Assembly: GCA_905178155.1 (NCBI GenBank)
Contig: CAJINV010000009.1
Coordinates: 1,547,907 to 1,611,906 of the forward strand
Source of the DNA: Amoebophrya sp. A120
Lineage: Eukaryota; Protista; Dinoflagellata
Direction: 5' to 3'
DNA: 64,000 nucleotides
Part shown: positions 12,349-26,332 of the stretch, piece after piece
Layout of the letters: each line of letters starts with the position of its first letter
How positions within the stretch are numbered: the first letter of the stretch is position 1
Notes under the pieces: generated by a model
Database searches by the model: none
The model's input: the letters and a program-made list of their open reading frames with translations, nothing else
Told to the model about the DNA's origin: nothing
Position numbers and translations under genes: made by a program

Positions 12349-13211
12349 TCGACATGCAACGTGCCGATGTCTCAGGTTCACCGATAGACAGTCTAATGTT
12401 GTTTATTGTTTGTTGTAGTTGGTTGTCTCTTACTGTTAGTGCTCCCTGGAGTACATGCATCGTAAATTAGACGGCTTCATCATCGCCATGCAGCTTTTTC
12501 GTGAAGGCTGTGACGAGTTTTGAAAGAGAACTATATTTTAGGAATGCAAATCGAAATGCTTGTTGAATCGCAAACGCAAAGGCCCCAAAGCTCTTTACCA
12601 GATTCAGTTCCAACGAATGTTGGCTTTCAAAGGTTCCACTTGCTGGAACAGGTATTCGCACGCATCATCATGCTCATGGTTCATAGCTTACAGTATAGCT
12701 ATGAAATATGTGGTTGATGACTGGACATAGGAGTATCGAAAATGAAAGAACAGCGTACACGAAACGAATTCAAGTTGATTTGATGGAACCGGAAGCATGG
12801 CATGTGTTCATGGAGGAAAGGGTAGCGGTTTTGTCGTGTGATATTTGGTCGTCTTTAGCAGTTTAACTTATGTTGAAGGTCTTTTGAATAGTGCACAGAT
12901 CCACCGAAGCGGCTTGCGGAAATTAACCGAAGATCCAGTGTCTCACGTCTTGTATTGCTTGTGTGTGGGCGAGCTTTGCATCTTGCGTGCAAGCGTTTGT
13001 TCACCAGAGTTGGCATAGTGGCTTTCCGCTGCTAGTATAGATGTTTTTCTTATTGTTTTTTTTTACGTGTTCGTTCTTTGAACACCGTTCGAATTCAAGC
13101 TGCAATTGCAGTTCGTTATTGGAGTTAGCGTGACGAGGTGCGTTTCAAGCTTGTGTCATCCCAGTGACAACATACGAAACATATAAAGGTTTGAACTAGA
13201 GTAGTGGCATA

Positions 13212-15850
13212 ATGAGAAGTGCGTCGAAGCACCGGCAACTGACACGGTGGATTCTTCCGGCCCTCACCGTATCACTCCACCTTTCGTGGTCCGTATTGGT
13301 CACCGTCGAAGGTCGGGCCAACCTCGTTACACCGGCGGCAGCTCCGGCAGGGTTTGCCCCACAAGGCGCCTTTCTTCCCGCCAGCAATGCCCCTGTCGTG
13401 CACCCATTTCTTCTCCGACCTGGAGCAGGTGCTGCGCAATTTGTGACGCCGCCAAATAATCTCCAGCTTGGTGGAACTGGATTGGTCAATGCGGCTGCAC
13501 CCGCGCAACTGCAAGTGCAACCACAACAGCTGCAGCTACCGAACATCACAGCCAGCATCGCCGCCCTGGCCACCGCCCACCAGGCTGCTTCCGGAACAAC
13601 CGCCGCAACTGGTGCGAGCAATTTGGCTGCGCAGACCAATCGAATTTCCCAAATCTGCCAAGCTTTGCAAACCGGCGTGAAGAACGGGCAGGCACTGCCG
13701 ATGATTCTGGGCGTGGCGCTCTCTTACTACCTCGGAAGCGGCGGGGATTACGAAACACTACTGCAAAAAGCGCAGGAGTACGCGCCATACATTTCTGCGG
13801 CGTTGACGCTGTGGGGCGTCTATGTTGCAAGTACGGCGAACACGCCGAAAGACACCGCCATGGAGAAACAGTTCGCGGAGCTGCAGGCTTCCGTGGAAAA
13901 ACTGAAGCTTCTGCGCTACCAAATCCAGCAGTGGCAGACGTACGCCGACCAGTGGCAGAAACTCCCCGTAGCTGGTGCTGCAGGAGGGACGGGTGGCATT
14001 AATATTGGAGCTGCTCCCGGAACAAGTGCGGCGGGCGGGTTTGCTTTGCAATTCCCCGGGCAGCAAGGAGCTGTTGCGCCGGCGCTTCCCGTGGGAGGAC
14101 ACCAGCAACTGCAGCAGCCAGCTGCACAGGGAGCCCAGCCTTTCATTCCACCGGCGGCGCGGCTACCTGTTGCAGCCGATGATCCCCCTAACGCCCAAGC
14201 AGGCCCAAGCCAGGGTCAAGATCTGCCGGCGCCCCAGCCCACGGGTGCTGAGCGAAAAGAAGACGCAGCGGTTTCTGTTGGTCCCCCGGAGTTGCAAAAT
14301 ACGTTTACCTCCACGGCAAGCAGTCATGATCAATGGAGTGCTTCCAACCGCTTGGACATCGAGCGTATCCGGATGCAGCTGGCTTCCGGCCAACTGAAGC
14401 TGGAAGACCTCGTGGCGTCAGACCCGATGCAGCAACCAACTGCCACGTTGCCACAGGTTGTGGCTCCTGGAGCTCCGATCACAACAGGTGCAACGCTGGC
14501 ACCACCGGGCGCTGGACCCTCAGTAATGCCATCCTTCTTGAACAGACCTGGTATGATACCAGGTGGGCAAGCTACGGCTGGCGGGATGCAGCCTCTTCGC
14601 CCTATCTCGTCTCCTCCGCAACCGCACTTTGCCGTGCAGACTCGAGAGATCAGGATCGGAGCGTTAGATGCCGGTGAGGATGAACAGGAAGGTAAGATTT
14701 ATTGTATGAGATCGGTGCTTCTGCTTTCGAATCACGAACGCAACAAATAACCCTGGTACCGCCCTGGGGTACCTCTACTGTGAGTAGTTGACGTAGATAT
14801 CTGTTGAATGGCTTGCCTATCTATTTCTCTACCAAAGGTGATTCCGCACCCACCGTGATCCAGTACGCAGCCGATGCGAGGACCGCCCCTGCTGCGATCC
14901 CCGCAGCAGCCACCGCCGGAACTACTCCTGAAAATGCCCTGGTCCACCCAAACGCGATGGACGCGCTTGCCACGCACACCGCCAGTACCCCGCTGCTCCG
15001 CAAAATGAAAGCGAACTGTTCGACCTGTGCGAAAGACAAGACCCGCACACTGCTGAAGCAGCAGCAGGAGCTAGTGCGTTCGTTGCTGGAGGCGCACGAC
15101 GCGTTGGCTAAATCTGCCGCGGACAAGTATAATCTGTATCTGTCGCTGCTTGAAGAAGACAAAAGCCGTGTCCGGCAAGAGTTGCTCAGTGCGGCATTGT
15201 TGGAGGATCCGAACTCTCCGTCCGCACGAGGATCAACAGCCGCTCCGGTTGTACAAGCCCGCGCTCGCAGCCGGCCGATGTCGTGTGGGGCGTCCGTTTG
15301 TAACCGGATGATCTGTCCCAGAAGGCGCGCCAGATACCACGAACCGGGCGCGCAAGCAGGCGCAGACGGAGAAGCTCCTGCGCACGACGTCGAGGACATT
15401 GAAAATGCTGAAGGCACTGCGGATGAAGATTCAAGCGATGACTCCGAATCCGTCGCAGCGCTATCGGATGAAGAGATCAAAACCCAGCTGGTAATGAACG
15501 TGCTGGAGGCCGGAGACGAGGGAGCGCTTTCCCTGACGTCCGCAGAACAAAAAGTGAAACTGCACCAGAAGCGGAAGAGCAATCGCTGCATACGCGGAGC
15601 GAACCAGGTGGCCGCGTTTTTCCGAAAGGTCTTGTGCTGTGGCTGCGAATGCTTCACGAAGTGGTGCACCTGTTTCCGAATAGTGCCTCCAAAGTCCGCA
15701 GCAGAGCTCAGCCAGCGCTTGTACGAGGGAGCGGACGACAGTCGGCTGTGGCTCGGCCAGCACAGCGCCCTCACTGCTATAGCCCATCACCGCGTCAATT
15801 TGGCACTGCATCAGCTACAGGCCGCGGAAAAAGAACTGGCTGACGGATAG
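13212..15850 (+). CDS. Orphan secreted/membrane protein, ~830 aa; join(13212..14691,14838..15850)
   Basis: Hydrophobic N-terminus, two hydrophobic segments (LPMILGVALSYYL; YISAALTLWGVYVA), coiled coil, A/P/Q/G-rich region, C-terminal Cys cluster. GT-AG intron 14692-14837 is phase-compatible. Confidence 0.8.
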
Positions 15851-16470
15851 AGGAATCTAGATTTTGGATGTAAAAAATTGATTTTGCACTAGTTAAGCTT
15901 TTTTAGAACAAACGGTAGGCGCGTGGAGCCATGTTTTTCCGAGAATAGAGTCTGTGGGTACCTAGGTAGTGTACCGCTTTTGTTACTTGAGGTAATCTTA
16001 GTACTTAGAAGTTTCCGATAGAAAGAACCCCGAAAATACAGTTTGCTGATGTACTCAATTTTCTGAACAAACCCGAGCGCCATTTTTGGTTTTATAAAGA
16101 ACAAGAAGAAGAATTACAGACACCGATAGCCCATTCGGAGACGATGACGACGATTGAACCCAAATATGCGAAAAACACCTAAAGTGTTGCACACAAAAGG
16201 GAGTTTTTTGGCGTTGCTGAGAGGAAGAAATTGCTCGCTTTGATAAGGAGCACAGAAGTTAGGCCTAGGGAGTGATATAAAACAAAAGTTTTTTCACGTG
16301 TGCTGTCTGGACGAAATGTGCGCTTCATCGTGCGGACTACATCAAATTGAAAGTGTATATTTTGGACGTTTGCTAATCACTAAACGAAGCAGCCGTGTGT
16401 GAGTACCATCGTGAATACGATCGTTGAATGACAACTGCCCAAAGGGCTTAAATCGAAGCTTACGAGAATT

Positions 16471-19400
16471 ATGTCCCCGCCAGGACAGCAGGAGCAGCAG
16501 GCGCCAGTCCGCGCAGCGCGTCGGGCGCGTTTCATATTCTTTTCGAACGTGGACGGCGAGGAGCGCGCGTTTGCGCTCGAATTTCCGGGCGCCTTGCCGA
16601 AGAACGCGGAAGAGCAGGTCTGGAGTATCCTCGAAGCCTTCGCGCCGTCTGATGCCGCAACCGCCAGCGCGGACCGATTCTTGCAGCAACTGCAGAAGTA
16701 CGTCGCGGCAGAATTCGAAAAAGTGAACTTACCCTGTCCGCGAGTCACCAGATACCCTCAGAGTTTGCCGTCCGCAGCGTCGTTGAAGACCGCCGGCAAG
16801 CACAGCCCGTGTTCCGCACACGGAAACAAGCGTTTGGAAGGTGCGACGGGCGCCGGTCCAGAATCACCATCGTACGTGTTAGGAGCAGCACACGAAGGTG
16901 CTGGGGGTCATGCCGTAGTTGCGTATACCAGATCTGCTGGTTCCTTCTCCGCGGTATCCCCGCCGGTACACGTCGACACCGAGAGCGTACTCGACCGGCG
17001 GTGCGATCAAACCGAAACAATGGTCGCACCCACAGTGCCGCGCCTCTCTGGACGCACCAGCACGTCTTCATCACAGCCCGAAAGGTTTTCTTTCGCCCAC
17101 CGTCAGAGTGACCAGCCGCGTGTGACCCTGCCGGTCGCGGAAAGCCTGGGTTTTTTGCAGGAGCAGGAGGGAGTTGCTGCGAATGTTCGGGTGCAGGAAC
17201 TGAAAGTTGTCGAGACGAGGAGGGGAAGAGATCCACCTGCTGCAGAAGGTACTCATATTTTTGTTCTTGGTCACACAATGTGATGAGAGGCGGGTGTTCT
17301 AAATCCTCATGCCCCGAAATAGGAACGCATGCTGACCGTTGTCGGTAAGTACCCAAAATCCAATCCCCACCAGTTCTGCAACCTATGGAAGCATCGGACT
17401 CGTACGAGTACTGGCGAGGACTCTCTGCTGCCGCCTCTACTGGTGATCTGCCGCGGGATACCCGCCGCCGCACTCGCAGCCGCACCGGAGCAAAGTATGA
17501 AGACCGGGACGGGCCGCTTGAGCGAAGTCCCACGATTCGCCTCCCGACGCAGGAGAATGGCGCCACATCGTGCCGCACAAACTCGATTCCGCCCCGGGCA
17601 GCATACTTGTTTCGCGAGCGCTCGGCCAGCCCCACGTCGGTCGCGGAAAAGGCGAAGAATCGGTTTCGATCGGCGAGCCCAAAACCGACAGCAACAGCAG
17701 GCCCATCGTTTTCATCACCCACGAAAAGTAGTCGGAGAGGCAAAGAACATCTGTTCGTGGGCCAGGCAGGTGGTAGTTTTAAAGGTTCAACTACAATTCG
17801 ATCTGCACAAGCCGGTCCGCTGATCTCCTTGTCGACGCCCATGCTGTTGCAGGGCGGTGGTTCTCTGCTGCGACCGCAAAGCAAACGAGACCAGATCCGG
17901 GCACAGGATCACGTGGACGACGAACACAATGCAGCATCTACACTATCAAAGGGGGGAAGCAAAGGCCCCGCACTGTTTCTACTGCGCAAAAGCCCAGGAC
18001 CCGTTGCGCGCAAGATTGAGAACTGCGGCGGTACAGAGCCGATTGAATTTTTTGCTTCCGGAATAAAGAGCAGAACTGGGAGCGAAGCTGCTCGGACTAC
18101 CAACGGCATTGACTCCCGATCGAAGAACAACATCACTGGACGCGATCCTGCCGCGCCCGCGCGTTCCGTAATCTTAGACAGCGACGACCTGACGGACCGC
18201 GGTAGCGAACAGGGCCAAGGCATGGCTCGTGAGCAAAACAAGAATGCAGTCTGCCGCCCCACCGTCCTGACAGCCTTCTCGCCAGCGGGAGAGCTCGTTG
18301 CTTCGCCTCCAGCCCTTGCGCATAGTGGGGGTAAGATGAACACACCGCAGCACATAGCTACATCGCCGTCACAGTACCATCCGCCCTCGCAGGTTCATCA
18401 TCAGAGCGAAACAAACAATAAATCCAAACTGACCATCCGAAAGAAGCCGGACTCGCCACCACCCTCCCGGCGGAAGCCTCGCGAACCTTCGCGAACGCGG
18501 CAACTAGAGGACGGCGATTCTTTGATTCAAGGAAGAAAAGAAGTTCCTGAGTTGGAAAGACACACGAAAACCGAGACTAAGCCGCACTTCGCGGATCCGC
18601 GCGTGATGTCCCCGGTTCTGCGAGCGTCGCGAAACCGAACCCTGCAGCGCGTTGGGAGTCCGCCACGGCTGGAACGCGAGCAAGGGCCCGGGTCGTCCAA
18701 ACCACCGCGTGCGACGAACTTGTTCAACTTGCCAACCGCTGCGGAGAACGACCACGACGCTAGTAAAGCAGCTGCTATGGAACAGGTTCCGGAGGACGAG
18801 AATGTTGTGTCGAAAAGCGAGCAAGACTTGAGCGGCAGTACGTCTGTGGTGGTCACAAAGAGCCAGTCGGACAAGCGAAATGTGAATGGCTTCCAGCACC
18901 ACCGCACCGCAGACTCCTTGAACGCCTCCGCAAGTTTGGGAAACAGACTCTCGGCCTTGAATGAGAAGGTGTGAAAGTTTGCAATTTTAAAGCGCAAGCG
19001 CTACTATTAATCTTCCTTCGGCTTTATCCTGGAGGTGAATTTAGGACTACAAGTGGAAATTGCATAACTCTTTAGTGCAAGATATCGATTACTTTCACCA
19101 AACTCTTTCAGGTAAACCAGTTCATCCTGATGCAACAAGCCCAGCAAGAGTTGGCTGTCGCTGGACGAGGTCCGCAGCAGACGAGTATGCTGGAGACCAT
19201 GAACTCCGAGAATCAGGCCCAAGAGTCCTGGTACAGCTTTCCGTTCAACAGCCAGCAGGGAACGCAGGAGCCGCGCTCGGACGAAGCTGTGGCGTTGTCA
19301 GGAACCAGGACAGTTGGCTCCTCGACGTCTTCGTCGTCGCTTATTCCGCGTGGAAGTGGAGCTGACGTCCCTGGTGCTTCAGGCTCGACGTCCGGATACC

Positions 19401-22400
19401 AAGCAAAAGAAGTTTCCGCGCAGATTCAAAGTCAGGACGCAATTGTTGCAGCTCAGCATTTAATTATCGAGGAGGGCGCGGATTATGGCCTCGAAGACTC
19501 TGCTCCGACGGTACGAGAGGTGATCGAAGAGGCGGCACCAGTGCATGTTGAAAGTCTAGCGTCAGCTTCGCGGAGCCGGGTCACAACGTCGGAGGCCGTT
19601 CTTGGGTCCTCGTCCAATTTGAAAAACTCGAGTCCGCGCGAGACGGTCACACTTGATGCCGGGTCTTCCCGCGAATCCTTGTTTCCTGCAGGATCATACA
19701 GCCACGCCGCGAATGAAATCGCTCCAGCTTCGGTGGAGTGCCTGCTTTCGCAGCCGAAGCAGCGCTCAACCAAAATTGTTGCGAGGAATTTGGATGCAGG
19801 TCACGCTCTTGACACGCTTGAGATGCATGACCTTGACGTTGAGAAAGAGAAGAAGAGGATCAAGGCGCAACCGAAAGAAGCTGATCACCTGAGTTCTTCA
19901 TTCGCATCGACGTACAGGACAGGCCGCGTTTCTGGCAGCCGCAAATCCTCTCCTGTTTTTCAAGGTCAGGACTTCCTACGCTTGTCGAGCCGCCCGCGTT
20001 CGCCCGCTAACAGTACGGTCATGCAGCAAAACGGTCCGCCTCCTCCGAATGTGACGGTTGGGAAGTCGCGCACAATCGGTGGAGTAACAAAATGGTCCTC
20101 TTTTACATCTGACCCACAACAGCAAGAGAAGGCAAAGTCGACTCGCCGGCGCACCACCTCTGGTGCCTCGCTCGCGGCAGTGCAAGGCTCGATCGCAGAC
20201 GACTCACCGAAGGAGGAAACGACCACTCTTGATTCCATTCGCGCTGGCGCACGTAGTAGTGTGACGCAGCGGAAACAGGCGAGCCAGACCGACTATACAA
20301 GAGCCCGAAGCGGTCGGGCGCGAGCGATCTCTGCGCTGGCGAACGGAACACCGTCGGAATCGGAGATGGTCCAGCTTGCACAGGATCGTGACGTGCAAGC
20401 ACGTCAAGGTAAGTCTCGCGATTTACAACTGTTCGATAACAATCCGAACCGCGTCTCCAGTGCGAAAACGTTCGATTCCCCTATGGGGCAAAGGGACCAG
20501 CACCATGACGACATGAATCCAGAACTGTCCTCCCTGATGTTCCACTCGCTCTCCATGTCCGCAGGAGATATCTCGCTATCGCCGATGAAAAAAGATGAAA
20601 AACGCTCCGAGGACGATGAGACCACGGACTTGACCAACGGCCGCAAAATGACTGCTGCCCAACGAACCCGATCGCCGAAGCCAGTTCTGCCGGCTCAAAC
20701 CCAGAGCCTTCTTCTACGACCGAGAACAAGGAGTACTCTGTCGAAGGCGGATGCAAATCATCTTGCCCGCTCCAAAACCTTGCCGACCACGTCACCGAAG
20801 GTGCTGGGAACGCGGCCGCGCTGCTTGGTGCAGGCTTTTTTGCCGAGCAAGTACGAGATGAAGGCAAAAGTAGAGCCAGCTGAGATTTATTCAGAAATGC
20901 GGTCGCCTTCGTCCGGTACTGCAAACAAACTCGATCAGTCGCATCATCTGCTGCGCCCGGCCCTGGATCGCAGTCGCAGCCGGTCTTTTTCCCCTGTTGT
21001 GCAAGTGCAAAGTAGAAACAGTGCCGCCGCTGACCGAGAAGTCTCGGAAGTAGATGCGATCGGAAGGAGCTTCCAGACGAGACAGCAGAGCAGGCCGACG
21101 AGTCTGGTCCAACGATTGCCATCGACGACCGCGCCTTCTCCCGGCGTCGAGGCCGCTTTGTCGCTCCGGCACCACCTCACCTGGATCACCGTTGTAGACG
21201 GCGACCAGCAGGCCCTGACCGTGCGGTACTGCGAGGACGTCGTGCAAGAGGTGCTTTGGCTGGATCTGGTTTTCCACGAGGAGTCTTTATTTCAATCCCT
21301 GTCCGTAGAGTCAATTGCCGCTGCACTTGCCGAACAAAACTTCGACGTGCACGAGTGCGAAAAACTGCTTGCCGACTCCGTCTTTCGCGTGCTGGTGAAG
21401 GATCTCTCGGAAAGCACCGCAAAGTTCACCCTGGACAGCACCCTGAAGAGGTTGCAAGCGATCTTTTGCACAGCCGCTTACAAGAATCACAGCACGAACG
21501 GAAGCAGCGCTGGTAGCCCGTTCTGGTTTTCGTTGCAAGAGCACGACCACACTCTGGCGGCGAAGCGGTTCCTGGATCGGCAGAGCGACTTGGCGTTCTT
21601 TCGGGACGCGAGGTCTGTCGCGCGATCGGTGGCGCAAGACATGGCAGGGTTGGATCGCATTCTGCAAAACAAGAATCGCAGTCTGATGGGACAAGAGGAA
21701 GCGACTGGTGTTGCGAATGATGAAAGTGACCTTGCGTCTTTTCCCGAATCGAACGAAATGTCCAGCGCGGAAGTCAACTATGACGCCCGTCCGTTGTTTC
21801 TGAACGACAACGAGAGCGACGCTGAAGCTGCAAGTCGTCGAGAGTTGATTCGCTTGGCCGAGCCGGCCGCCGCACAGACCCCGGACTCGACCACCGGCCT
21901 CTCAGAGGAGACACTTTCGAACCCGATTTCCTCCACGAAGCACACGCCGGTGGACGATCTGGAAATCTTAAACGTCGAGCAAGTCGAAGCGGAACTTGCA
22001 CAATTGCAGCGAGACGGGTCGCTGCATGGAGAAAACTTTGCGGCTTCTCGTCATACCCGCGAGCAAAGCGTGGTTGTTCTCAACGACCTGTACCAGTCTG
22101 CGGTGTCCCACAATGCTCCGGATCATGGTGTTGACAACTTTCAGAGCTTCGCCTCCATTTCCGCAAGCGACGACGAGCCTTTGGTAATTGACCAGAATCT
22201 TGCAGTCGAAGGCCCTGACGCGACGAATGAAAGTATGGTCTCCCTAGAGCCGCTACCAGCCGAGACCATTGAAGAACGGAGTACAAGCACGCGGTCAGTG
22301 GCGTCTCGGACTTCAGGTCGACCGTCGCGAAGTGGAAGCATCTTCAGATCACCAGGACCCAATGATTCGCCGAAAGAACAACTGGTCAGTAACCGCTCGC

Positions 22401-25400
22401 GGACGCGATCTTCGATTAGCAGAGCCAGCGGCAAGAACAGTCGCCCTCCTTCGCAGCATCGGGTCAGCTTTGTGGAGGATTTGGAAATGTCACCGCCGGT
22501 GGTGCTATTGAACGAGAAGAAGAAGGCAACTTCCCCGTCCAGCGACCAGAAACGGAGAGCCATGACCAGCAAAAAGGCGAAGTCGATGGTGGTTTCGCAG
22601 AGAAGGAAAGATTTGGACGAGCAGAGTGAAAAAGTGAACGCTCAGCGCCGCGCTACCGCCTCGGCGGTGCTCGCACCTACGAAGAGGTCAACGTCGTCTC
22701 GCGTGAAAACGACGATGATTACTGACGACGCTCCACTGCGGAAGACAAGCAGCAGTGTGAAGAAGCCTGTAACAGTTTTTGCAGCGGCAAGCGCTGTTGA
22801 CGTTGATGAGAAGCCGAAGCCAACAACGAGGACCACGCTGCTCGAAATGGAAGAAGGGGATGGTGATCTAGTCAAGCGCATTGATCCCACGAGAAGCGGA
22901 TCGCTCCAGATCGACAAGATGACGACTGAAAAGGAGTTGGTGCGAGTGGTGCCGTTGCCAAAAGCGGATGCCATTACAGATTCTGTCTCCAATTACGCAC
23001 CTGGCGTAGTTCCATGTGAAAGCTACATCACGAAAAGAGAAGCAAGCCCCGTCGTGTCCCTGAAAAGTGAGCCCGCTGGTACGCAGAAGTCGATCGTGGT
23101 TATTGCTGAGGAGAAGCACCAAGAGGATCATCTCTCCAATGACGCTGTGCAACTGCAGCACAACGAAGCTGTAGAGGCAGAAGTGCTTTTCCAGGAGGAC
23201 GTTGATAAAAAGTCATCCTCTGCCGCTTCTTCCTCGGTTTTCTCTTCTGAGACCGATTCCGTGTCGTCCTCCTCCAGAACGGGCAGCTCGTCATCTTTCA
23301 CCGGTAGTTCGAGCGCAAGTGGGTCGAGCTCGTCTGCATCCTCTTCTAGCGCTTACATGTACTCGAGAGCGAGCTCCTTCTCGTCTTCCTCATCCTCAAA
23401 TGTCACCGGTGTTGCGTTAGCGGCAGGGCCTGAAGAACAGAACGGGGAAGGAGTTCAACAAGTTTCATCATCCATGTCTGCAGCCACTGCTGCTCCGTCA
23501 GGTGGTCTACTACAAGCAAAGTCTCCTGATCCACTCTTCTCTAGCACGATCAAGAATTTTCAGCACACGCAGCAGCGTTTGCAACAGGAGCAAGTCGACC
23601 ACGTCCCCTCGAGCCTTTGGAGCGACAAGTTTTACATCGCCGGTCGATTGCCCATATTCCAAGCGCAGACCGAGCTGAAGCGCGAGATCGAGGCCCACCA
23701 GGCCTTCTACCTGAGCTCTTTTCTAAAAAGCGAGGAGTTCCACAAGCAGAGCTACTGGGAGCACCTGTTTTCGCTGTTTAACGTGAACAAACTGCCGATG
23801 TTGAAAACCGTTTTCGGCTACCCGCTCGTTTTGCTCGTACTGAACTGCGTGAGGAATGGGCTTGAGTGCCTGCTGGTGAAGAAAGCAGAGCACTTGGCAT
23901 GGAACGGATCTGCAGGAGGTGCAGTTGCTGGGTCCTTCAACCAGAAGTCAACAACGTGCTTTCTGGAGCAGCAGAGCACGAAGAAGGATAAAGCGGCCGC
24001 AGCCACTTGGAGCAGCTACACTGCTGTGCGGAGATACTTGTTGGAGAAGGTGCGGAAGAACGACGGTGAGGTTTTCCGGAAGCTCATCGAGTTTGTGGAG
24101 AATTGCGATGTGGGCAGTGAGAGTGACGGCGCTGCTTCTCAACACGCAGACCAAAGAGGGAATACTAAGTTGCAACGTGCGCAGTTGCAGCCGCCGCAGA
24201 GCGCTCCGATGGACCTGGCTTACGTTTCTCTGCTGGTCTTGCGTGGCCTGGTTGAACTGTTTGTTGTCTCCAAATCCAGCGCCGCAGGAAAAAAAGAGTC
24301 TGATGCGAACAAAACGAAAAGAGCCTCTTCCCGGACGACCACAAACTCCACGCGGAATTCGACGGCTTCAAAAAACGATCGAAATTCAACATCTTCGACC
24401 CGAGGCTCCAGGATTTCATTGCGCAACCTCGTCCGAGGTCGTGCGTCCACGCTGCTATTCCAGGGTGCCCAACAAACAGGGAACGGGGAAGATGGCAGCG
24501 ACACCGATGAAGCGGAGCATCCAACCAGTGTCGGCACGGTTCAAGAGCTTTTTTTCGACTACACTTCAGGGGCAAATTCAGTTGCTGAAGACCAAACTCT
24601 AGCTGCAGTAAGTGCGAATAATAGTGGTCCTGCCTCTGATCTCGTGGCCGTTCTGAGTTCACACTCCGCCAAGATTTTGACGGTAGCTGTGAAAATGAGT
24701 GACCCTTTGGGCCGGACGAACCCGCTCGAGGCGATCATCGTCAGAAGACCGATTTTGCTGCAGCTGAGGCCGGTGATTCTGACGCTCTGTCGGATCTTCG
24801 AAACCAAAAGTGGCACTACTCCGGGACCTGTTCTTGATAATCTTGTCGACCAAGAATCTGGTGTTGCTGACACGATTTCACCCGCTGCTAATCTGGTTGA
24901 CATTCTCGCAGCAGCGCAGTTGCAGCAGCAGAAGTTGTCCTCTACTTCCACCGCGCCGCATGAGCCGAAGAACCTCTACCTCACGGCGTTGTTGAGTCGG
25001 CAGGACGAGGAGCAGCACTCATATTCCGAGAAGAACCCTAACATCGAAACCGCATTTCTGACTGCGCTCGCTGCTGTGACATTCGTGACCACAAAACCCG
25101 CACAGCAGAAGAGTGGATCGGTCGATACGTTCGCAATCGCGGTGGCCGGGGAAGTCTCCGTCGCACTGATCAGATTGCTGCAGTTGCTGTCGAATGAAAT
25201 GAAAAAGAGCTCTTTGGGGCCCGGTGCAACCGAGGTCGGCGAATCGACACGTGGTTCGAGCGAGCGCCTCTCGACCCGCTTGTCCAACATGATTTCACGA
25301 GGAGGGCGGGATAGTTTCAGGCAGAGCCAGCGCGAAACTAACGACGTCAATACCGCGACTACGCCAACGTCAAACGCTGCTCAGCAGCAACAGCGCGCGG

Positions 25401-26332
25401 ATTTGCAATTACTCTTGTTCGCGGAACACCTAGTGCCGAATTTCGTACTACGCTTCCTCACCAACGGACAGTTTCTACTGTCGAAAGTGGTCAAAATCGG
25501 ATTCGTCCTCTCCGATTTTCTACAGCAAACAACGGAGCAGCAAAAACACTCGCTTGTGAAGGACTTCAAATTTATCGAGCATGTCATTTTTTCCTTTGGA
25601 AAAAGCTTTTTGCAACTCGGCCAGGAGCTGATTCGCATCACTTTCGCGTCAACGAAAAAGGATTTGAATGGAGCTGCAGACGTTGGAATTGGCAGCCCGA
25701 CGCCCGCTTCGATCGCAGAGCAAGCGGAAGCTTCTGTGCAGGAACAGCAGCAGCAGGTGGAAAAGTTGCATCAGCAACGACTGCGGGTGTTCCGCATGTT
25801 CGTCTTGTTGCTGCAGGCGGTCAACACGCCGAAGTTGCAGAAATCCATCGTGGCAACGTTGGAGAAGTTTTTGGTTGAGAAACTCATCATCGACTCGTTT
25901 CTGGGGAAGACCGTGGTCACGACGACAAATACGACGTTGCCAGCGCAGATTATGCCGCTCAAAAACTTTCAGCAACTGGTGGAATTGATTGGCGTGGGAT
26001 CGGGTGGCGGTGCGGCGAGTGTGGCGCCTAACTACGCGGAGCGGAATATTGTAAGTAGTTGATTTTATATATGCTTTTAGCTGTTAATATCATCCTCATG
26101 ATCATCATGAACTTGCTCTTCATCTACGGACCACGATGCGATAATCGAAAAAGGACCGGAAGAACAGGAATACCTTCTACGGATGAATTTAATTCAAATA
26201 TTCCCGCCCCGGAAGATCACACGAAAGCGAAAACTGATAAACGCGCCACGGCCAAAAGGCTTGTATGATGCACTGCTCCTAGTAATTGTCAAAGTTAATG
26301 CCAACACTAATAGATACATGGCACATAGGTAG
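16471..26332 (+). CDS. Giant orphan protein, ~3,100-3,160 aa; join(16471..17248,17374..18968,19112..26050,26168..26332); last exon tentative (otherwise ends 26062)
   Basis: Three long ORFs linked by phase-compatible GT-AG introns 17249-17373 and 18969-19111. Mostly S/R/T low complexity with a helical C-terminal third. Confidence 0.75.

Noticed and set aside
16072-16092. Dinoflagellate spliced-leader relic (CCGAGCGCCATTTTTGGTT)
   Set aside because: Only a weak partial match to CCGTAGCCATTTTGGCTCAAG; compatible with chance.
14821-17884. Long minus-strand ORFs (317 aa, 379 aa) and similar ones elsewhere
   Set aside because: Antisense shadows of + strand coding sequence.
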